The notes beneath the pieces were generated by a model. That model was not told the DNA's origin, searched no databases, and saw nothing but the letters and a program-made list of their open reading frames with translations. From the NCBI GenBank assembly GCA_037446635.1, contig JBBIIG010000082.1, positions 1-16,991 on the forward strand: DNA of 16,991 bases, read 5' to 3'. Of the stretch, positions 6,776-13,627 are shown piece after piece. This DNA comes from a bacterium (lineage in GTDB: Bacteria; Zhuqueibacterota; Zhuqueibacteria; Oceanimicrobiales; Oceanimicrobiaceae). Position 1 is the stretch's first letter. Every line of letters begins with the position of its first letter. Made by a program: the position numbers and the translations under genes.

Positions 6776-7684
6776 TCACGAATTCCACTCGCCGTGCGCC
6801 ACCATTTGTACTTTGCCGCCCACAAAAATTTCAAACTGGCGGCCGCTGATTTTTTTGCCGCGAATGCGAAGCAGCGAGGGGCGGCCGATTTCGTAGCCCT
6901 GCTCTACCCGCAAGTCGAGTTCCGACTTTTTGAAATAATTGTGTTTGAGCAAATATCCCAAGAGGCAGCCGCAGCAACTGCCGGTGGCCGGATCCTCCGG
7001 CACGCCAAAATAATCGTCGAACATGCGGGCGTGCAAATGGTTTGCACGTTCGGCCGTCTCGGGGCAAAAGATCATGAAGCCGGAAGCGACCAACGTGTGC
7101 GGCTGGGTTTTCAAAACCGGGTGGGCGCGGTAGAGCCAGTCGTAATATTTTTCAAGGTTCACCCGGATGGCTTCCACTGTCTGCAACGACTTCAGTGGGA
7201 CGATGAAAAACGGGATGCCAGTGGAGACTTCTTCAATGGGAAAACGGTGATCGAAATCGACTGTCTTTAAATTAAAAATTGGCGCGATCTCATCCGCGGA
7301 AAGGCGCCGGCCAAAGTCAGGGTTGATTTGCTGCATCCACAAATAGCCGTCATTTTCAAACGACACCGGAATTTTGCCGACGACCAAATTCAGGGTGATG
7401 TTCGGAACGGGCTGTTGGATGATTTGTTCGTGGATGATGAACGCTGTGCCCAAAGTTGGGTGGCCGGCAAAGGGCAGCTCGGCTTTGGGGGTGAAGATGC
7501 GCACGTCGTAGCCGCCGTCGCGGGGCTGATCGGAAAGGATGAAGGTGGTTTCGGAAAAATTGATTTCGTGGGCGATGGCCTGCATCTTGTCGGCGCTCAA
7601 ATCCGCCGCGTCCCGAAACACCGCCAGCGGATTGCCAGCGTATTTTTTCTCCGCAAAAACATCGACGAAATAGAAGGTGTGCAT
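6776..7684 (-). CDS. PhzF family isomerase/epimerase
   Basis: Motifs VDVFA...GNPLAVF, MQAIAHEINFSETTF, VRIFTPKAELPFAGHPTLG, ARMF...EDPATGS and EQGYEIGRPS. Confidence 0.95.
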   Translation of the reverse strand: MHTFYFVDVFAEKKYAGNPLAVFRDAADLSADKMQAIAHEINFSETTFILSDQPRDGGYDVRIFTPKAELPFAGHPTLGTAFIIHEQIIQQPVPNITLNLVVGKIPVSFENDGYLWMQQINPDFGRRLSADEIAPIFNLKTVDFDHRFPIEEVSTGIPFFIVPLKSLQTVEAIRVNLEKYYDWLYRAHPVLKTQPHTLVASGFMIFCPETAERANHLHARMFDDYFGVPEDPATGSCCGCLLGYLLKHNYFKKSELDLRVEQGYEIGRPSLLRIRGKKISGRQFEIFVGGKVQMVAHGEWNS

Positions 7685-7704
7685 CTCTTCTCCACTTGGT
7701 ATCC

Positions 7705-7817
7705 AATTTCTAAAACCCGAAATTCGAGCCTCGAATCTCGAAACAAATTCAAATCATCCTTCGACTCCACTCAGGATGATACTAATTTTCTTCTTGGTGA
7801 GTCGAACCATGAATTTG
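7705..7817. repeat. Composite element: 7-nt-periodic CGAAATT-like run fused to a CCTTCGAC...CTCAGGATGA / GAGTCGAA palindromic unit
   Basis: CGA recurs at 7718, 7725, 7732 and 7739 (period 7). Inverted repeats: ATCATCCT(7753)/AGGATGAT(7773), TTCGACTC(7760)/GAGTCGAA(7799) and CAAATTCA(7744)/TGAATTTG(7810). Confidence 0.7.
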
Positions 7818-7909
7818 TGACATCAACCATTTTCTGACCAGCCTCATAGCTGACGAGTTTCATTATTCGGATTTTTAACTACGTCATCAATAATTATGAA
7901 ATCCTGTAC

Positions 7910-8932
7910 TTAGCTACTTCTCCTCGCTTCGACTGGTTCGACGGCCTCTTCCACTATTTCTTTCTCTAGCACGGCGTCGGAAAAGTGCAAGTTCTCTTTC
8001 CAGAAATAGAGCAGGCCAATGACGGTAAACGGCAGGGTATTCAGCGCGTGGCTGATAATGGCGAAACTAAGGGCCTTGCTGTGGGGCACGCCGTAGAGCG
8101 CCAGGCTTTGCATGCAAAACCAGTGATAGGTGCCAACAAATCCCGGCGAGGAGGGAATCATGATGCCGATGCTAACCGTCACCAAAACTACCAGGCTGGC
8201 AGCGACGTTGAGATCGTAGTCGCGCGGCAAGTCAAAGGCGAAAAATGAGCTATAAACGGTGGCGGCGTAAAGCAGCCAGACTAAGATAGAAAAGACGGCA
8301 ACCACGAGGTAGTGCTCGTCATTTCTCAGCGCCTGGAAGCCCCGCAAAAACGAGCGCACAATTCTTTGAACTTTTGTGAAGATGGGCGCCGGCAGCAATT
8401 TTTCCAGAAGGCGGATGGTGGATTCGGTGCGCTCCATCAAAAAAATCATGAACACGATCACCGCCGCAGTGATGGCGAAAATCACGTAGCCGCTGCTTTT
8501 GATGACCTCCGGCAGCGGATAAAACATGATGGTGCTGGCGAGCAGCAGCAGCAGCGCCAGAATATCGATTAAGCGCTCCACGATGATGGTGGCGAACGAA
8601 GAGCTTTTGGAAATTTTCTGCGATTTGCCGATGGCGTACGCCCGCAGAAACTCGCCCAGCCGCAGGGGGAAAATGTTGTTGGCGGCGTAGCCGATCATCA
8701 GCGCGGAAAACATCGGAGAGAATTTCACGCCGGCCTTCATGGGTTCCAAAAAATAGCGCCAGCGGTAGGCGCGCAGAAAGTGGCTGAGCAGCATGAACAT
8801 GAACGCCGGCAGCAGCCAGAGGTAGTTGGCGCCGGTTAGGGCCTCCAGCATTTCCTGAAAATTGACGTCACGAAACGCCAGCACCACAAAAACAAAGCTG
8901 ATGACGATGCCGATGATGACTTTGAATTTCAA
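7910..8932 (-). CDS. Lysylphosphatidylglycerol synthase TM-domain (flippase-like, UPF0104) membrane protein
   Basis: Motifs LRAYRWRYFL, IGYAANNIFPLRLGEFLRAY, ATIIVERLID and IPSSPGFVGTYH. The start is probably TTG 8932, because GGAGA lies just upstream. The ORF track starts at 8944. Confidence 0.92.
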   Translation of the reverse strand: MKFKVIIGIVISFVFVVLAFRDVNFQEMLEALTGANYLWLLPAFMFMLLSHFLRAYRWRYFLEPMKAGVKFSPMFSALMIGYAANNIFPLRLGEFLRAYAIGKSQKISKSSSFATIIVERLIDILALLLLLASTIMFYPLPEVIKSSGYVIFAITAAVIVFMIFLMERTESTIRLLEKLLPAPIFTKVQRIVRSFLRGFQALRNDEHYLVVAVFSILVWLLYAATVYSSFFAFDLPRDYDLNVAASLVVLVTVSIGIMIPSSPGFVGTYHWFCMQSLALYGVPHSKALSFAIISHALNTLPFTVIGLLYFWKENLHFSDAVLEKEIVEEAVEPVEARRSS

Positions 8933-8951
8933 TTCGATCTCCAATCAAAAA

Positions 8952-9007
8952 CAGTAGGCAATTGGCAGTAAGCAGTGGCGGACTTAGCAACTGCCCATTG
9001 CCTACTG
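8952..9007. repeat. Heptamer (CAGTAGG-like) inverted-repeat element
   Basis: CAGTAGG-CAATTGG-CAGTAAG-CAGTGGC ... ACTG-CCCATTG-CCTACTG. The 18-bp arms 8952-8969 and 8990-9007 have one mismatch. Confidence 0.85.
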
Positions 9008-9024
9008 GATGTTGTCCAGTTAAA

Positions 9025-10113
9025 TTAAACATTAAAGCGGAACGTGATCACATCTCCATCCTGCACGACGTACTCTTTTCCCTCTAACCGCAGCACGCCG
9101 TGCTCTTTGCATTTGGCGAACGAGCCCCATTTTTTTAGAATGTCGAAATGCACGACTTCGGCGCGAATGAAGCCGCGTTCGAGATCGGAGTGGATGGCGC
9201 CGGCCGCTTCCTGCGCCCGCGTGCCGCGGCGGATGGTCCACGCCCGCACCTCTTTTTCGCCGGCGGTTAGAAACGAAATCAATCCCAAGAGTTGATAGGA
9301 ATTGCGAATGACTTTGTTCAGCGCGGGCTCCGAGATGCCCAGCTCCTTTTGGAACGCCGCTTTTTCGGATTCCGGCAGTTGCGCGATCTCCATTTCCAAT
9401 TCCGCGCTCACCGCTTCCACCGCGGAGTTTTTGCCGGCGGCTAACTTTTCAAAATCCGCTTTGAGGGCGGCCTCTTTTCCCAAGTCATTTTCACCGATAT
9501 TCAATACCAGCAAGATCGGCTTGGCGGTCAAAAATTGATAGCCGCGCATCATTTTTTGTTCGGCCTCGCTGAAGTCCAGCTCGCGCAGCGGAGTCTCTTT
9601 TTCCAGCGCCGCGAAACAGCGCTGGTAGAGTTCCAACTCCTTTTGTTTCTCTTCCGATTTAAGTTTTTTCACTTCGGCGCTCACCCGCTCGATGCGGCCC
9701 TCCAGCAGCGCCATGTCGGACAACAAAAATTCTTCCTGAATGATGGTGAGGTCGCGGCCTGGATCGACGCTGCCTTCCGGGTGCGGCACGGCGTCGTTCT
9801 GAAATGCGCGCACCACGCACAGCAGCGCATCGACGTTGCGGATGGCGCCGAGAAATTGTTCCTGAAATCCTTTGCGCTGGGTGGAGCCCTTTTCAAGGCC
9901 GGCAACGTCGAGGTATTCAATCGTAGTGTAAGTTTTTTTGGCGGTGGGATAGAGGGTGTGCAGCCAATCGACGCGCGCATCCGGCACTTTCACGGAGCTG
10001 ATGTTCACCTCCTTTTTGCCGAACTGCGGCGCGGCGTCGTGGGAGGTTTTGGTGAGGGCGTTGAACAAAGTTGTTTTGCCGGATTGCGGCAGCCCGATGA
10101 TACCGATTCGCAT
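9025..10113 (-). CDS. ychF: YchF-family (Obg-like) ATPase, divergent type
   Basis: G1 GLPQSGKTT, G3 DVAGL, G4 NIGE, and a C-terminal TGS region RAWTI...AAGAIHSDLERGFIRAEV...RLEGKEYVVQDGDVITFRFNV. Confidence 0.92.
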   Translation of the reverse strand: MRIGIIGLPQSGKTTLFNALTKTSHDAAPQFGKKEVNISSVKVPDARVDWLHTLYPTAKKTYTTIEYLDVAGLEKGSTQRKGFQEQFLGAIRNVDALLCVVRAFQNDAVPHPEGSVDPGRDLTIIQEEFLLSDMALLEGRIERVSAEVKKLKSEEKQKELELYQRCFAALEKETPLRELDFSEAEQKMMRGYQFLTAKPILLVLNIGENDLGKEAALKADFEKLAAGKNSAVEAVSAELEMEIAQLPESEKAAFQKELGISEPALNKVIRNSYQLLGLISFLTAGEKEVRAWTIRRGTRAQEAAGAIHSDLERGFIRAEVVHFDILKKWGSFAKCKEHGVLRLEGKEYVVQDGDVITFRFNV

Positions 10114-10142
10114 AGTATTGTTTTTACCTAACTGATCAGATC

Positions 10143-10280
10143 GCCTGCTGATGAATCATCAGGCTAATTGTTGAAGTCGATTTGAAATCGACTATAAACA
10201 GCAGCAGCTTAATTTATTAAGCTCAAGCTATGCTTGTTTGGAATTTGACGAAGGCCGGGAGGGTGCGCCCTCCTGACCCC
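10143..10280. repeat. Cluster of five short palindromes (REP-like) between the cyclophilin gene and ychF
   Basis: GCCTGCTGAT-GA-ATCATCAGGC (10143-10164, 1 mismatch); AGTCGATTT-G-AAATCGACT (10175-10193); AGCTTAAT-TT-ATTAAGCT (10206-10223); CAAGC-TAT-GCTTG (10224-10236); GGAGGG-TGCG-CCCTCC, extendable over 10251-10280. Confidence 0.75.
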
Positions 10281-10317
10281 TGTTTTTAAAAAGCGAAAAT
10301 GGTGGAAAAATTTCTGG

Positions 10318-10977
10318 TCATCTTTCTTCGATATCCACCCGCACCATCACGTCGCCGATGGCGATTTGCTGCACCACCTCAAAGCCCTCGATCACCCGGC
10401 CGAACACCGAGTACTGGCCATCTAAAAACGGCGTGGCCTGCAGGGTGATGTAAAACTGGCTGCCGCTGGAGAGCCGCTCCGGGTTGACCTGATCGCCCTG
10501 GCGCGCCATGGCAATCACCCCTTGGTGGTGCGGCAGGCCGATTTCCGCGGGGAGGCGGTAGCCCGGGCCGCCGGCGCCAGTGCCCGACGGGTCGCCGCCC
10601 TGAATCACAAAGTTGGGTTCGACGCGGTGGAAGGTCAGGCCGTCAAAAAATCCCTGGCGCGCCAAAAACACAAAGTTGTTGGTGTGCAGCGGCGCGGCCA
10701 CCGCGTCCAGCTCCACCACGATGTTGCCTTTTTGAGTGTGAATGGTGGCGATGTAGCGCTTCATTTCGTCGATGGTCATTTCGGGGGCGGCGGAATAATA
10801 CTGCTCGCGGTCGTTGGGCGGGACGTTCGCCAGCGGGCGATCGGCGGCGGTCGCTGCTGCCGCGGAGTCGGCGGTTGAAGTTTCGGCGGCGGGTTGCGGT
10901 TCGGTTTTTTTGCCGCACGACCACGAACCCAGAGAAACCAAAAACATCATTAAAAGAATAATCAAACCAGGTTGCAT
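10318..10977 (-). CDS. Cyclophilin-type peptidyl-prolyl cis-trans isomerase, predicted lipoprotein
   Basis: Signal peptide ending in WSC and a P/A/T-rich linker. Motifs NNFVFLA.QGFFDGLTFHRV.PNFVIQGGDP.GTG.GGPGY, IAMAR, SGSQFYI and LDGQYSVFGRV. Confidence 0.96.
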   Translation of the reverse strand: MQPGLIILLMMFLVSLGSWSCGKKTEPQPAAETSTADSAAAATAADRPLANVPPNDREQYYSAAPEMTIDEMKRYIATIHTQKGNIVVELDAVAAPLHTNNFVFLARQGFFDGLTFHRVEPNFVIQGGDPSGTGAGGPGYRLPAEIGLPHHQGVIAMARQGDQVNPERLSSGSQFYITLQATPFLDGQYSVFGRVIEGFEVVQQIAIGDVMVRVDIEER

Positions 10978-11025
10978 GATAAACCCCTTCCTTAAGATGA
11001 ATAAATCTAAGTTTAAAGGCGGCGC

Positions 11026-11054
11026 AATTTAAAAAAACGCCTTATGAAATTCAA
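11026..11054 (-). promoter_or_regulatory. Putative sigma70 promoter of the cyclophilin gene
   Basis: Minus strand TTGAAT-N17-TAAATT, about 50 nt upstream of ATG 10977. Confidence 0.6.
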
Positions 11055-11071
11055 GGTTAAAAACAAAAGCC

Positions 11072-11100
11072 TTGATAAACTTTTGCTGGCTGATTATATT
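11072..11100 (+). promoter_or_regulatory. Putative sigma70 promoter of pepD
   Basis: TTGATA-N17-TATATT, followed by SD GGAGG and ATG 11133. It sits back-to-back with the cyclophilin promoter. Confidence 0.65.
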
Positions 11101-11132
11101 GTTGCCACTGAACTTTGAACGGTGGAGGAACC

Positions 11133-12596
11133 ATGACTTTTGTATCTGAATTTGAACCTAAGGAACTGTGGCGGCATTTCGACAAGATTTTGACCATCCC
11201 GCGCGGATCGAAAAATGAAGCCGCGATGCGGGAGTATATTATTGGCCTCGCAAAAAAACATAATTTAAGTTACCAGCAGGATGCGGCTGGAAATTTGGTG
11301 GTGCGCAAGCCAGCAACCAAAGGCAACGAATCGGCCCCCATCACGATTTTGCAATCCCACCTCGACATGGTGAACGAAAAAAACTCCGACGTCCAACATG
11401 ATTTCAAGAAAGATGCCATCCAGCCGCGGCAGGAGGGCGAGTATCTTTACGCCACCGGCACCACGCTGGGGTCGGACAACGGTGTCGGCGTGGCAGCGGC
11501 GCTGGCCATTTTAGAAAATCAAAAGATCAACCACGGTCCCCTCGAGTTGCTTTTTACAATAGATGAAGAGACCGGTTTGACCGGCGCGGCCAATTTGAGC
11601 AGCGACCTGCTCAAAGGCCGGCAGCTCATCAACCTCGACACCGAAGAAGAAGGCGCGCTCTACGTCGGCTGCGCCGGCGGCGCGGGCGTCAACCTGACTT
11701 TGCCCCTGAAATTTGCCAACCTCGCCGCTGACGTGGTGGTTTTTGAGATCAAGCTTCACGGGCTGAACGGCGGCCACTCCGGCGTGGACATCCATCTGCA
11801 GCGCGGCAACGCCATCAAACTGCTGGCGCGCGTTCTCACCAGCGTCTTTCGGAAAGTCAAATTTCAGCTCGCCAGCCTCAGCGGCGGCAACATGCACAAC
11901 GCCATCCCGCGCGAGGCCTTTGCGCAGGCGGCGGTGGCGGCGTCCGAAAAAGATTCGTTTCAAAAAATGTTGTTCGAGCGATTTCAGGAAATCTATTCCG
12001 AATTCAAGTCCGTGGATCCCGAAATGAAGCTCGCCCTCTCCGAAGGCGCCGGCATCAAAAAAAGTTTTGATGACGACACCACCGCCCGAGTGTTGAATCT
12101 GTTGAACGCCCTTCCCCACGGCGTGGCCGCGATGAGTTACGATATCCCGGGTTTGGTGGAAACCAGCTCCAATCTCGCGACGGTGAAAATCAAAGACAGC
12201 GAGATGGTGATTCACGTCAGCAACCGCAGCTCGGTGGCCTCGGCCATTCGCGCCACGCAGGAGCGGGTGGCCAGCATCGGGCGATTGGCGGGGGCGGAAA
12301 TCGAGGAACTGGAAGGCTACCCGGGCTGGAAGCCCAACATGAATTCCCACGTGCTGCGCGTCGCCAAAGAGGTGCACCAAAAATTGTTTGGCAAAGAACC
12401 CGAAGTCAAAGCCATCCACGCCGGCTTGGAGTGCGGCATCATCGGCGAGAAATTTCCGGGGATGGACATGGTTTCGCTGGGGCCGCAGATCGAGTTTCCG
12501 CATTCGCCCAACGAACGGGTGCGCATTCCCTCGGTGGCGGATTTTTATAAACTGCTCACCGGAATCCTCGAGCAATTGGCGCAGGATAAAAGATAA
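11133..12596 (+). CDS. pepD: Aminoacyl-histidine (Xaa-His) dipeptidase, peptidase M20C
   Basis: Motifs IPRGSKNE, LQSHLDMV, TTLGSDNGVG, FTIDEETGLTGA, INLDTEE, GGHSGVDIH, NAIPRE, IHAGLECG and PHSPNE. The start is ATG 11133 after GGAGG; the ORF track's TTG 11115 is upstream of the SD. Confidence 0.96.
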   Translation: MTFVSEFEPKELWRHFDKILTIPRGSKNEAAMREYIIGLAKKHNLSYQQDAAGNLVVRKPATKGNESAPITILQSHLDMVNEKNSDVQHDFKKDAIQPRQEGEYLYATGTTLGSDNGVGVAAALAILENQKINHGPLELLFTIDEETGLTGAANLSSDLLKGRQLINLDTEEEGALYVGCAGGAGVNLTLPLKFANLAADVVVFEIKLHGLNGGHSGVDIHLQRGNAIKLLARVLTSVFRKVKFQLASLSGGNMHNAIPREAFAQAAVAASEKDSFQKMLFERFQEIYSEFKSVDPEMKLALSEGAGIKKSFDDDTTARVLNLLNALPHGVAAMSYDIPGLVETSSNLATVKIKDSEMVIHVSNRSSVASAIRATQERVASIGRLAGAEIEELEGYPGWKPNMNSHVLRVAKEVHQKLFGKEPEVKAIHAGLECGIIGEKFPGMDMVSLGPQIEFPHSPNERVRIPSVADFYKLLTGILEQLAQDKR

Positions 12597-12598
12597 AA

Positions 12599-12690
12599 TT
12601 TGGACGCAGATTGGCGCAGATGAACGCAGATTAATAAGACCGACTGATTCAAAAATAATCTGCGAAAATCTGCGCTCATCAGCGCCCAAA
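12599..12690. repeat. Inverted-repeat element of 10-nt-periodic CGCAGAT units
   Basis: Left TTTGGA-CGCAGATTGG-CGCAGATGAA-CGCAGATTA. Right TAATCTGCG-AAAATCTGCG-CTCATCAGCG-CCCAAA. Arms of about 35 bp around a 22-nt spacer. Confidence 0.88.
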
Positions 12691-12721
12691 AATCATTTTA
12701 CAAAAAATGGAGGGAGGATAA

Positions 12722-12976
12722 ATGGAAAACTTACTCATTTTACTGCTGGTGGGCTTGATCGCCGGTTGGCTCACGGGCAAAGTGATGCGCGGGAAAGGGT
12801 TTGGGGTTATTGGGGATATTATCATTGGTTTATTGGGCGCGGTAATCGGAAATTGGATCTTTACTCAACTCAAAATCGGCAGAATCACCACTCTTGCTCT
12901 CGTCGATGCGATCTTGGTCGCGTTCATTGGCGCGGTGGTTTTGGTGGCCGTGGTTCGGCTTTTACGCCGGGCTTAG
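12722..12976 (+). CDS. GlsB/YeaQ/YmgE (transglycosylase-associated) small membrane protein
   Basis: LLVGLIAGWLTGKVMRG.GFG..GDIIIGLLGAVIG.W...AFIGAVVL. Strong SD GGAGG. Confidence 0.93.
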   Translation: MENLLILLLVGLIAGWLTGKVMRGKGFGVIGDIIIGLLGAVIGNWIFTQLKIGRITTLALVDAILVAFIGAVVLVAVVRLLRRA

Positions 12977-12995
12977 TCTGCTATCGGTTGCTGTC

Positions 12996-13065
12996 TGTCA
13001 CTCTCGCATGTTTTTAGCGGGAGTCCATTTTATAGATGCCCGCTAAAAAGCCCGCGGGCATGACA
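12996..13065. repeat. GTCAT-GCCCGC...GCGGGC-type palindromic element
   Basis: TGTCA-CTCTCGCATG-TTTTTAGCGGG-AGTC ... GATG-CCCGCTAAAAA-GCCCGCGGGCA-TGACA. Perfect 11-bp core at 13011-13021/13039-13049, with terminal TGTCA/TGACA. Confidence 0.8.
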
Positions 13066-13114
13066 CAAAAAGCGAAATCTGTCTTTTGGACGGTCACTTC
13101 TTTCTGCAGCGAGC

Positions 13115-13606
13115 ATGTCGATTTACACCCTCGTGGAAAACGTGCGCAGCGCCTACAACGTCGGCGCGATTTTTCGCACCGCCGACGGCGCTGGCGTGAC
13201 GAAAATTTTTTTGAGCGGCATCAGCGCGCGGCCGCCGCACCGGGAAATTCATAAAGTGGCGCTGGGCGCGGAGGAGAGCGTGCCGTGGGAGTATCATCCC
13301 AACGGCGCGGAGGTGGTGGAAAAACTAAAACGGCAGCATGTGCAAATCGTGGTGTTGGAATCGCGGGCCGAAAGCCAGCTTTATGATTCTGCGCCGTATC
13401 GTTTTCCTCTGTGTCTGGTGGTCGGCCACGAGCTGCGCGGGGTGAGCGATGAGATTTTACGCGCCGCGGATATGTCGGTTAAGATTCCCATGCGCGGCAA
13501 GAAAACTTCGCTCAATGTGGCGGTGGCGTACGGCGTCGCGGTTTATGAAATTTTGAAAGTCGCGAACCTTGCGATGCCTTTGCGTTCCTTGCGGTTAAAA
13601 GTTTAA
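13115..13606 (+). CDS. TrmH/SpoU family RNA 2'-O-methyltransferase (stand-alone SPOUT domain)
   Basis: Motifs VENVRSAYNVGAIFRTAD, LVVGHELRGV and IPMRGKKTSLNVAVAYGVAVYE. Confidence 0.95.
   Translation: MSIYTLVENVRSAYNVGAIFRTADGAGVTKIFLSGISARPPHREIHKVALGAEESVPWEYHPNGAEVVEKLKRQHVQIVVLESRAESQLYDSAPYRFPLCLVVGHELRGVSDEILRAADMSVKIPMRGKKTSLNVAVAYGVAVYEILKVANLAMPLRSLRLKV
13561..13599 (+). repeat. Half copy (right arm) of the CGCAAAG element, inside the TrmH 3' end
   Basis: CTTTGCGTTCCTTGCGGTT at 13578-13596 is identical to 5028-5046, and similarity extends upstream (TTGCGAT). Confidence 0.85.
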
Positions 13607-13627
13607 ACGAAAAAATGGAGAAAGCTA

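Noticed and set aside
11511..12689. 392-aa minus-strand ORF
   Set aside because: Antisense shadow of pepD that starts inside the CGCAGAT repeat and has no recognisable motifs. Such shadows are common opposite GC3-rich genes.
4935..13599. Periodic repeats read as a CRISPR array
   Set aside because: The units are 7-11 nt, mirror-arranged, have no unique 30-40-nt spacers, and no cas genes are present.
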